DNA of 64,000 nucleotides from a candidate division WOR-3 bacterium (GTDB lineage Bacteria > Hydrothermota > 32-111): positions 192,001 through 256,000 of the forward strand of contig JBDRZU010000001.1 of assembly GCA_039804105.1 (NCBI GenBank). Reading direction: 5' to 3'. Below the pieces are notes generated by a model. That model had not been told where the DNA came from, made no database searches, and saw nothing but the letters and a program-made list of their open reading frames with translations. Both the position numbers and the translations under genes were made by a program. Of this stretch, positions 1-7,819 are shown one piece after another. The first letter of the stretch is position 1. Each line of letters opens with the position of its first letter.

Positions 1-831
1 CGGTGAATGGGAAATAATGTCTTTTTTTCGAATGGCGTGGCTTAGTTCGGTTTTTCAAAACTTCCTGCACTATCTCAAAAGTTGCTCTGGAAAAAATTAG
101 TTTAAACTTATCCTCATAAGTTTCACTATTGTGGACAATCAAGCCAATGTAAACTTTATTAGTTAACATTCTTTGGATTGTTGCTTTACAAAGTGGCTTT
201 CCGTTTTTACTTATCACGCCCCAAAATTTAAGCTGTTCTCCTAAACTTTCTAAAGTATGTTTTCCATGGCTATATTCTTCAAATGCCCTTTTAATTATTT
301 TTGATTTTACTGGGGCTAGTTCTATATTTCTTGTTTTGGGATTGTTCACATAGCCAAACGGCGCAAGTTCGGGCCATTCTACGCGTCTCAATTTTTGTCT
401 AATCCCGCGTTTTACATTTTCGGACAAATTATCGAAGTAGTATTTACTCTAGCCAAAGTCGACTTGAAGCATAAAAAGTCCTTGCGGAATTGGCTCAAAC
501 CAAAATGTAGGAAAACGCAAAGAAACGATCTTGCCAATATAAATAAGATAAATAATTTGTCCGCTATCAACACTGTTTCTAGCTAACCTGTCTGGATGCC
601 AGGCCAAAATCCCAACAGGTTCTTTTGATTCATAAATTTTCTGTATCATGTTATTAAAAACTTCTCTTCCGAGTTCTTTGCACTTTTACTTTCAATAACC
701 TTTTCAGCAATAAAAAGATTTTCTCTTTTAGCGTATTCCATCAACTCAGTTAATTATGCTTCAATGGACATCACTTGTTTTTCTTCATCTTCTGTTGATT
801 TGCGAGCGTAAGGAAAATATTTTATTTTCAT
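1..831 (-). pseudogene. Large serine recombinase (resolvase catalytic domain + recombinase domain), disrupted; runs off the window start
   Basis: Manual translation from ATG at 831: MKIKYFPYARKSTEDEEKQVMSIEA*LTEL (catalytic YaRkS motif), then ILAWHPDRLARN, LSENVKRGIRQKLRR, APFGYVN, RMLTNKVYIG. Stops at 756-754 (TAA) and 451-449 (TAG), one frameshift near 675-680. Confidence 0.9.
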
Positions 832-952
832 ATGTTTTCTCCTTAAATTTTAAAAACTGGCTTCGTATTTCCACCAAAGGCGGAAAAGAAAAAATTGAAA
901 ACAAAATTTTCATTTTGTGCGTTGCTTTGCAACGTCGAACTGCCGTTGGTCG

Positions 953-1131
953 CAATTACTGAACGAAGCACGAACATATTTTGAACAAAATCATGACTAA
1001 CATGTTAGTCGCCTTCGTCGACGCACATCCACCTCCTACCCAACAGAAGCGGCGGGAAAAAATTCCTTCCCTCAGACCCGTTTCCTTTTTGCCGCCCGCC
1101 ATGCCCGCTTCGCGGGCGTGCCGCCGATTTT
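953..1131 (+). repeat. Left copy of ~180 bp inverted repeat
   Basis: 953-1000 matches the reverse complement of 4659-4706 at 43/48; 1051-1131 matches the reverse complement of 4527-4607 with about 7 differences; the middle ~50 bp is diverged. Confidence 0.95.
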
Positions 1132-1156
1132 TAGGAAAGAAAAAATCAAAAAACTC

Positions 1157-1185
1157 TTGACATTATTAAAATAATTTTGTATCAT
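1157..1185 (+). promoter_or_regulatory. Sigma70-type promoter of the cassette, TTGACA-N17-TATCAT
   Basis: Near-consensus hexamers just inside the left repeat, upstream of the XRE gene. Confidence 0.65.
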
Positions 1186-1227
1186 AATTATAAATTGTTA
1201 TTACTGCATATATACATCAATACTATA

Positions 1228-1446
1228 ATGTCAAAAGAGATTTCGCAAATGGGTAAAAATATAAAAAAATTAAGAGAACAAAAAGGCCTGTCCCAAGATT
1301 GGCTTTCTAAAATAGCTGATAATTCCTATAACACAGTCATAAAGTTAGAGTCGGGCGATATTACCAATCCCTCAATTGACACGCTTCAAAAATTAGCCAA
1401 GACTCTTAATGTTTCCGTTGATGATTTATTGAAAGTGCCAAAATAA
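1228..1446 (+). CDS. XRE-family HTH regulator (RM controller-like)
   Basis: NIKKLREQKGLSQ...IKLESG...NPSIDTLQKLAKTLNVSVDDLL; ATG 1228 preferred over TTG 1177. Confidence 0.88.
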   Translation: MSKEISQMGKNIKKLREQKGLSQDWLSKIADNSYNTVIKLESGDITNPSIDTLQKLAKTLNVSVDDLLKVPK

Positions 1447-1450
1447 AAAT

Positions 1451-2503
1451 ATGAACGATTACAAAGAACGAAAATATTTATCTTCGATAGAGGCTGCCAA
1501 GTATTTAGGTATTACCGTTGAAATGCTACATAATTTAGTTAGATCAAAAAAAATCAAATGTATTATTGCAGCAAGCGGACAAAAACGCTTTGATTTAAGA
1601 GATTTAAAAGAATACGAAAAAACAAATCTTAAAATAGATAAAGAACATATTAAGGAAATAGAATTGCCTGTGGAAAATGTATTGAGCATTAATAATACTA
1701 TTCAAAAAATCTTTATTAAAAATGCTATGAGCATGGATGAATTAAAAGATGATTCAATCCATTTAATGGTTACTTCACCGCCTTATTTCGATGCCAAAAT
1801 GTATACTAAAAAACCGATCAAAAACGATTTAGGTAATATACATGATCTTGATGAATGGTTTGAGAAAATTAGTGCGGTTTGGAAAGAGGTCTTTAGAGTT
1901 TTACAGCCGGGGAGAAAAGCATTCATTAATATCATGAATTTACCTGTAAGAGACAATGGAGGATTTAAATCTTTGAATTTAGTTGGTAGCACTATAGATA
2001 TAATGGAGAAAATTGGATTTATCTTTAAAAGAGATATAGTGTGGCATAAAACTCATGGTGTTAAAGCACATTTTGGAACTTATCCATATCCAGGCGGAAT
2101 TCTTATAAATAATATGCATGAATTTATTTTGGAATTTAATAAACCTGACAAAAAGGGATTTAACAAATATGGACATCTAACTAAAGAACAAAAAGAAGCA
2201 TCCAAACTTGATAAAGAATTTTGGTTATCCCTTAAAAATACTGATGTTTGGCTTATGAAGCCGCAGAATAGTGGTGATAACCGTTTACATGTAGCCCAAT
2301 TTCCTTATGAGTTACCTTATAAAATAATTAAAGCATTTACCTTCGTTGGCGAAACAGTATTAGATCCATTTTTAGGAAGTGGTACAACCTTAAAAGCAGC
2401 GGCAGATTTAAAACGAAATGGTATTGGTTACGAGATTGTTCCTGAAATTGCAGAAACAGCGATAAAAAATTTAAACAATTATCAAAGTAAATTATTTGTC
2501 TAA
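1451..2503 (+). CDS. Beta-class amino DNA methyltransferase (probably N4-cytosine) with N-terminal excisionase/MerR-like HTH
   Basis: N-terminal YLSSIEAAKYLGIT...GQKRF; catalytic TSPPY precedes SAM-binding VLDPFLGSGTT. Confidence 0.92.
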   Translation: MNDYKERKYLSSIEAAKYLGITVEMLHNLVRSKKIKCIIAASGQKRFDLRDLKEYEKTNLKIDKEHIKEIELPVENVLSINNTIQKIFIKNAMSMDELKDDSIHLMVTSPPYFDAKMYTKKPIKNDLGNIHDLDEWFEKISAVWKEVFRVLQPGRKAFINIMNLPVRDNGGFKSLNLVGSTIDIMEKIGFIFKRDIVWHKTHGVKAHFGTYPYPGGILINNMHEFILEFNKPDKKGFNKYGHLTKEQKEASKLDKEFWLSLKNTDVWLMKPQNSGDNRLHVAQFPYELPYKIIKAFTFVGETVLDPFLGSGTTLKAAADLKRNGIGYEIVPEIAETAIKNLNNYQSKLFV

Positions 2504-2507
2504 AATT

Positions 2508-3632
2508 ATGAAACAAGACGCAAAAACAATTTATGCTCAATCAAGCGATATTAAGTCTAGAACTTATCTAGAATATCGCAAAGATATGAAACAAAAAGCC
2601 ATTGCAGAACTAGAAGTTTTACCTTGGCTACGAGAGAAAGTTAAAGAGAAAGATAAAAAGGCTACAGTAGAAAAATTTGGTGGGGATAAATTTATCTGGT
2701 TTTTGAGAAAGGGAGGAATTACCAGAGAACCTGATTTTGTCATTAGATATTCGGACGGAAAAACTAAATTCGTTGAATTTCAATATGCAAAAGAAGAGCT
2801 AAATGCTTATGATTTTAAAATTTCTAAAATAGCTCCCCGAGATAGAACTCTAAAGAAAAGAGTCCCTAAAGATGATACAGAAATTTTATATGTTATAAAA
2901 CCAACTAACAAATTCGCTATTTTATATCCTTCTTGGATAGTTAGAAATTCAAAAGAAACAGTAGCAGCAGCATGGGGCAACGCCCCAGTATTTAGAGTAC
3001 CCGCTAATAAATTCAAAAAAGTTTTAATGACAGATAATAGCTTAAATAAAGTTTGTGACTCTATAGATAAAAAAATAGCAATTTTAGAATTTCAACATAA
3101 AGCTATTGAAATTGAAAAAGAAAAAATGTCCTACCTATTACAACAGGTTGTTGATGAAAAAAAAATTTTGAAAATAATTCCTCAAACATTAGATGGTTTT
3201 TTTAAGGTTTGTTTTATACTCAATCATCTAGAAAAAATTCCTATTAATGCTAATTTATGGCTTATCTACCTTTTGTCTTTTTTGAATACAAAATTAAACT
3301 CCCTAGAATTATTTCAGTTAATTTATAGTTTAGATTTTCTTTATTTAAAAATTGAGTTAAAAGAAAACGAGTTAAATAAATTAGTCGAAAGCTTAAAAGA
3401 GATTCAAAATCAGATTAATGAATTTTCAAAACCAGATGGTTCATATCAATCCGATAAAACTATATCGCCATTAGAAGATACAAGATATTCATTATTCTCA
3501 ATAAATATTCTTGAAGATTTAATACAAGATGTTTTGTATTATTATGGAAACAAAGTTAATTTGAAGCCCATTACTAGAATTTATCAAAATGTTTCAGATA
3601 TAGAGAAAACCTTTGAATTTATTTCAAAATAG
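2508..3632 (+). CDS. Putative restriction endonuclease (PD-(D/E)xK-like N-terminus, helical C-terminus)
   Basis: Starts 4 nt after the MTase stop; EPDFVIRYSDGKTKFVEFQY resembles a PD...ExK core with Q in place of K. Function inferred mostly from context. Confidence 0.55.
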   Translation: MKQDAKTIYAQSSDIKSRTYLEYRKDMKQKAIAELEVLPWLREKVKEKDKKATVEKFGGDKFIWFLRKGGITREPDFVIRYSDGKTKFVEFQYAKEELNAYDFKISKIAPRDRTLKKRVPKDDTEILYVIKPTNKFAILYPSWIVRNSKETVAAAWGNAPVFRVPANKFKKVLMTDNSLNKVCDSIDKKIAILEFQHKAIEIEKEKMSYLLQQVVDEKKILKIIPQTLDGFFKVCFILNHLEKIPINANLWLIYLLSFLNTKLNSLELFQLIYSLDFLYLKIELKENELNKLVESLKEIQNQINEFSKPDGSYQSDKTISPLEDTRYSLFSINILEDLIQDVLYYYGNKVNLKPITRIYQNVSDIEKTFEFISK

Positions 3633-3634
3633 GT

Positions 3635-4032
3635 ATGGAAAATAGAATTAAGCATTTAGAATTTATACAATCTATAAATCAACAGAATGGCTAATAATTC
3701 ATTTATAATGAAAGTCTGGTCGATAACTTTGATTGCGGTTTTTTTGCTTTATCCTCAAAAGATGCTAACAAAAATTATATTGTCATTTCTCTCTTGCCTG
3801 TTATAATTTTTTGGATTCTAGATAGATATTTTTTATCTAGAGAAAGAGCATTCCTTTGTTTATATAACAAAGTAAGAAATTTACACGTGAAGGATATTGA
3901 TTTCTCTTTAGATATTTCAGAATTTAGAGAGCGAAAAAATAATTGGTTTCTGTCGATTTCTTGCATACAGTTTTATTTTTCTATGCTTCTTTAATAGATG
4001 TTATGTTAATAATTTCATATCTAATCAAGTAA
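3635..4032 (+). pseudogene. Frameshifted small multi-pass membrane protein upstream of the TIR gene
   Basis: Reconstructed MENRIKHLEFIQSI/INRMANNSFIMKVWSITLIA/FFALSSKDANKNYIVISLLPVIIFWILDRYFLSRERAF.../FYASLIDVMLIISYLIK*; frameshifts near 3677, in the T-run near 3740 and near 3960-3975. Confidence 0.75.
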
Positions 4033-4036
4033 AATT

Positions 4037-4528
4037 ATGGCAAGACGAGTATTTTTTAGTTTTCATTATGAAAGGGATATTTGTCGAGCAAGCCAAATTA
4101 GAAACAGCTGGATAACAAAACCAGACAGAGAAACCGCTGGCTTTTGGGTCGCTGCTTCGTGTGAGGAAGTAAAAAAGAAAGGCAAAGAAACAATTAAACG
4201 ATGGATTGATAATCAACTCAATGGCACATCTGTTACGTTAGTGTTAATAGGAGCTGAAACCAATGAGAGCAAGTGGGTTAGTTATGAAATTCAAAAAAGT
4301 TATCAAATTGGAAATGGTATGTTGGGTATTTATAATCGTAATATGAAAGATCAGTATGGACGAACTTATTATAAAGGTAAAAATCCATTTTATAATTGGT
4401 CTATTACAAGAAATACTCAAAAAATTCTTCTTTCATCTCTTTATCGGACTTATGATTGGGTTTCTGATAATAGATATAAGAATTTAGTTGATTGGGTAGA
4501 AAAAGCGGCGAAAGATGCTGGAAGATAA
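4037..4528 (+). CDS. TIR-domain protein, ThsB/DUF1863 (MTH538)-like
   Basis: RRVFFSFHYERD, TSVTLVLIGAET, SKWVSYEI (catalytic Glu present), GNGMLGI. Confidence 0.88.
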   Translation: MARRVFFSFHYERDICRASQIRNSWITKPDRETAGFWVAASCEEVKKKGKETIKRWIDNQLNGTSVTLVLIGAETNESKWVSYEIQKSYQIGNGMLGIYNRNMKDQYGRTYYKGKNPFYNWSITRNTQKILLSSLYRTYDWVSDNRYKNLVDWVEKAAKDAGR

Positions 4529-4706
4529 AATCGGCGGCTCGCCCACGAAGCGGGCATGGCAGGCGGGCAAAAAGGAAGGGGTCTGGGGGAAGGAATTTTT
4601 TCCCGCCCTTTAGTTTTGAGTGTCGCGGGGGCGACCGTATTCGAAGACGACGCAAAGATTAGTCAGAATTTTGTTCAAAATATATTCGTGTTTCATTCAG
4701 TAATTG
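4527..4706 (-). repeat. Right copy of ~180 bp inverted repeat
   Basis: Reverse complement aligns to 953-1131; begins within the TIR stop codon (TAA AATCGGCGGC...). Confidence 0.95.
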
Positions 4707-4732
4707 AGAAAATTTTTAAATTTCTTTGTTTC

Positions 4733-4760
4733 TTGACACTTTTCATGATTTAAATAAAAT
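4733..4760 (+). promoter_or_regulatory. Sigma70-type promoter TTGACA-N16-TAAAAT
   Basis: Hexamer match upstream of AGGAGG and ATG 4783. Confidence 0.6.
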
Positions 4761-4782
4761 CAAATTTTTAAAAGGAGGTAAT

Positions 4783-5361
4783 ATGAACAATAAATTTTTC
4801 ACATTTATTAAACCTTATCTTGCATTCATCGACAATGGAGATTTCTTTAAAAAACCATTTTTATGGCTTTACACAATTTTAGCGTTAATCAATCTGATTA
4901 TTCCTATTTATATTCTTTATGAAGCAATTGACAACAAGATTTTTGATGCTGGGGCAAAACATGTTTTTATATTTTTTATAGTTTGGTTGATAATAACTTT
5001 TGCAAGTTGGGTCAGTTTTCAGTTGTGGTGGGATAGAAGGTTTAAAGTTGTTTCCATATCGAAAATGGGGGACGATTTTGTTGTGATTCCAATATTTTCA
5101 CATTTTGTTCAAACAGCAGGGGAATGGATAGGAACATGGCTTGGTATCGTTGGTTTTTTTAGTTCTCTTCTTGTGTCTTTATTTATTGGAGAAGAGGGTA
5201 GTAATTTTATGCAAAATTTAAACCTTGGTTTTTTGAGTTTGAATTTCATATTTATTATTTTAATGCCTGTAATTGGTTTTCTGATAATAATTGTAACAAG
5301 ATTTTTATCTGAACAGTTCAAAGCGATTGCGATGATCGCTAACAATACGAAAAAAAGTTGA
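4783..5361 (+). CDS. Hypothetical membrane protein (about 4 TM helices)
   Basis: Strong SD AAAGGAGG before ATG 4783; four long hydrophobic segments. Confidence 0.8.
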   Translation: MNNKFFTFIKPYLAFIDNGDFFKKPFLWLYTILALINLIIPIYILYEAIDNKIFDAGAKHVFIFFIVWLIITFASWVSFQLWWDRRFKVVSISKMGDDFVVIPIFSHFVQTAGEWIGTWLGIVGFFSSLLVSLFIGEEGSNFMQNLNLGFLSLNFIFIILMPVIGFLIIIVTRFLSEQFKAIAMIANNTKKS

Positions 5362-5385
5362 AAGATTGAAAAGTTTAAGATTTAC

Positions 5386-5411
5386 AATGGGGGTGTTATA
5401 AAACCCCCATT
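5386..5411. terminator. Probable intrinsic terminator between convergent genes
   Basis: AATGGGGGT...ACCCCCATT 9-bp stem followed by CTTTATT. Confidence 0.7.
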
Positions 5412-5426
5412 CTTTATTAAAAAAAT

Positions 5427-6161
5427 TTAAAAAAATTGTTCTTCGATCTTTTGAATATTTTCTTTTATCAATTTTTCAATCTCTTTTATCACAAGTTCTG
5501 AATATTTTTTACATTTTGTTTTATTAAGATCAATTTTCCCGCCATTTTCAGAGTAAAGTATTGTTGAAGCAGGTGATGGTATAGATTCAAAACCTTCTAT
5601 AGAAATATTGTAAAGATTTTTATCGTTAATATATTTTTCATTTATCTGTTTATCATCTATGATTTTTACCATCGCTGTTTCATCAACTCCACCATGTCCA
5701 CCTTCCTTACCAAAAACTTTTTTACAGAAAGGATATCCAATGATCCACCAATGGATTATAAAGACAAACATTCCAGTTTCTAAAAAGATTTTCTTTTTTA
5801 AATTTGAAAGAACTTTATTGTTGCCACCATGTCCATTCATAATGATAAGGTATTTAAAATTTTCCTTTTTCATCGATAAAGCGATGTCAAAAATTAATTT
5901 TTCAAAGGTCTCATCTTTTAATGTAACAGAACCTGGATATGGTAAAAGTGAAGATGTGATCGAGTAGTGAACAGGCGGGTAGATAAGCCCATTGAGTTTG
6001 TCAGCAAGTTTTTCACAAATATATTCGGGGATTATCGTATCTGTTCCATTTGAAGTTATCGAATGTGCTTCAAGAGTTCCTATTGGAAGAAAAGCAATAT
6101 CACATTTTTCTTTCAATTTTTTTATATCTCTCCAGTTGAGTTTATCTATTCTTCTTTCCAT
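5427..6161 (-). CDS. Creatininase-family amidohydrolase
   Basis: LPIGTLEAH, NGTDT, NGHGGN, GHGGVDET motifs; AGGAG before ATG 6161. Confidence 0.9.
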   Translation of the reverse strand: MERRIDKLNWRDIKKLKEKCDIAFLPIGTLEAHSITSNGTDTIIPEYICEKLADKLNGLIYPPVHYSITSSLLPYPGSVTLKDETFEKLIFDIALSMKKENFKYLIIMNGHGGNNKVLSNLKKKIFLETGMFVFIIHWWIIGYPFCKKVFGKEGGHGGVDETAMVKIIDDKQINEKYINDKNLYNISIEGFESIPSPASTILYSENGGKIDLNKTKCKKYSELVIKEIEKLIKENIQKIEEQFF

Positions 6162-6186
6162 AAACACTCCTTTTTCTCTATTATAC

Positions 6187-6214
6187 TTGTTAATTTTAAA
6201 AAATCTATTATAAT
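6187..6214 (+). promoter_or_regulatory. Promoter TTGTTA-N16-TATAAT, probably leaderless into rmuC
   Basis: -10 ends 6 nt before ATG 6221; no SD. Confidence 0.55.
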
Positions 6215-6220
6215 TTTTTT

Positions 6221-7231
6221 ATGCAAATTTTTTTATTTCTATTCATTGTTGTTGTTTTAATAATTATAAATTTTATTTTCTTTAAATTTTTTGAGTTAAA
6301 AATAGTTTCAAAAATAAAAGAGAATGAAAATTATTTTAAAGATCAGGTAATTCAGTCATTGAATCAAAACATTGAGAAGATTGAAAGAACAAAAGATCTC
6401 ATTTCAACAAATGCTATTGAAACTTTCAAAGTGATCAACAATTTAACGGATTCTTTAAGTAAAATAAGCGAGGACCAGAAAGTTGCAAATGAACTTTCTA
6501 AAGATTTAAAATACTTTTTCGATCGGCCAAAACTCCGAGGAGGATTTGGAGAGGTTATTTTAAAGGAACTTGTTTCTGATATTTTACCTTTAAATATGTA
6601 TGAAGAGCAGTTTAAATTACCTAACAATTATATAGTTGATCTGGTTATAAAGTATAGGGATCTTTTGATACCGATTGATTCGAAATTTCCCTCTGAGGAT
6701 TATAAAAGATACTATTTTGAAAAGGATGAAAAACTAAAAAACGATTATTTTAAAATTTTTATAAATCAGTTGAAAAAAATAGGAGAATCAGTTAGTTCAA
6801 AATATATAAGACCTGAAGATGGAACATCGGATTTTGCAATCATTTTTATTCCTTCAGATTCTATTTATATTGAAGCAATACAACAAACTTATCCTGGTGG
6901 TGAGAAGAACGATCTTTTTGAAACCCTTTTGAAAAAAAGGGTGCTTCTTGCAGGACCTTCAACATTTTTTGCTTTTTTAAATGTTATACTTGCAGGTTTA
7001 AAACAATATAGATTTGTTGAGATTTCAAAAGAGATTATCAAAAATGTTGAAAAATTGAGTAAAAATTTAGAAGAGAATTCTTTGAATTTACAAAATCTTG
7101 AAAAAAAAGTTAACGAACTGAATAAAAGTTATGAAACATTGCAGAAATCTTTTTCGAAAACTGAAAAAAGTTTTAAAAACATTTTGAGTTTTGAAAAGGA
7201 AGAGAGGGAAAATGATGAAAAGAATTTATAG
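6221..7231 (+). CDS. rmuC: DNA recombination protein RmuC
   Basis: N-terminal TM, coiled coil, PKLRGGFGE, IPIDSKFP, SKYIRP..GTSDFAIIFIPSD. Confidence 0.9.
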   Translation: MQIFLFLFIVVVLIIINFIFFKFFELKIVSKIKENENYFKDQVIQSLNQNIEKIERTKDLISTNAIETFKVINNLTDSLSKISEDQKVANELSKDLKYFFDRPKLRGGFGEVILKELVSDILPLNMYEEQFKLPNNYIVDLVIKYRDLLIPIDSKFPSEDYKRYYFEKDEKLKNDYFKIFINQLKKIGESVSSKYIRPEDGTSDFAIIFIPSDSIYIEAIQQTYPGGEKNDLFETLLKKRVLLAGPSTFFAFLNVILAGLKQYRFVEISKEIIKNVEKLSKNLEENSLNLQNLEKKVNELNKSYETLQKSFSKTEKSFKNILSFEKEERENDEKNL

Positions 7232-7817
7232 ATTCATTCTGGTGCCAATGTTACTTTTAATACTTTTTGGTTGTTCAAATAATGATATAAAGGTAAGTTT
7301 CAACAGGATTGGGAATTTAAAACCGAAATCCCCTGTTATTTTTGAAAGTGATTCTGTTGGTTTTGTCCATAAGATTGAGTTTCTTGATTCGAACTATCTT
7401 GTTCATATAAAAATAACTGAAAAAAAGGAATTCTTAAATTATAATCCTTATTTTTACCTGATCGACTCAGATTCTGATGCAAAGATTGTAATTCTTGATG
7501 ATCCTTCAAAAGGTTTCAATGATTTTGATGAAGAAAAGATTTTTAAAGGTGGAAATGAACTCGATTACTATCTAAAACTTTTTTCGTTAAAGTTAAATGA
7601 GAAAATAGATTCTTTGAAATCAGATGAAAGGATCAAAGAGTTAATTGAAAATTTGAATCTAAAATTGAATGAACTGAAAGATAAAGGTGAAGAAAAATAT
7701 GAGAAAATAAGACCCGAAATTGAAAAAAATATTGATGAAATTTTTGAAAAAATGAAAAAAAGTTTTAAAAGAGAAGAGTTTGAAAGTTTAAAAGAGAAGA
7801 TTAAAAAGTTATTTTAA
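7212..7817 (+). CDS. Lipoprotein with MlaD/MCE-like domain and coiled coil
   Basis: Lipobox LFGC; NLKPKSPVIF..VGFVHKI resembles the MCE motif. Confidence 0.55.
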   Translation: MMKRIYRFILVPMLLLILFGCSNNDIKVSFNRIGNLKPKSPVIFESDSVGFVHKIEFLDSNYLVHIKITEKKEFLNYNPYFYLIDSDSDAKIVILDDPSKGFNDFDEEKIFKGGNELDYYLKLFSLKLNEKIDSLKSDERIKELIENLNLKLNELKDKGEEKYEKIRPEIEKNIDEIFEKMKKSFKREEFESLKEKIKKLF

Positions 7818-7819
7818 AA

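Larger units (their letters stand above)
1..4706. mobile_element. Decaying defence island: recombinase pseudogene plus inverted-repeat-bounded RM/TIR cassette (left boundary outside window)
   Basis: Recombinase remnant, GC-rich inverted repeats, defence gene content, several pseudogenes; ordinary host-type genes resume after 4706. Confidence 0.75.

Noticed and set aside
395..962. ORFs 395-586 and 756-962 (+)
   Set aside because: Antisense shadows of the recombinase pseudogene; no SD or motif.
971..984. CGAACATATTTTGA as a Gram-positive LexA box
   Set aside because: Right half does not match GTTCG.
995..1010. Perfect 16-bp palindrome GACTAACATGTTAGTC
   Set aside because: Present only in the left copy, so not part of the shared site; function unsupported.
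953..4706. The repeats as CRISPR, tRNA or classical integron attC
   Set aside because: Only two copies, inverted; no spacers, cloverleaf, RYYYAAC/GTTRRRY pairing or tyrosine integrase in the window.
4404..4753. ORFs 4404-4655 (-) and 4556-4753 (+)
   Set aside because: Open only because the GC-rich repeat lacks stops; composition unlike real genes here.
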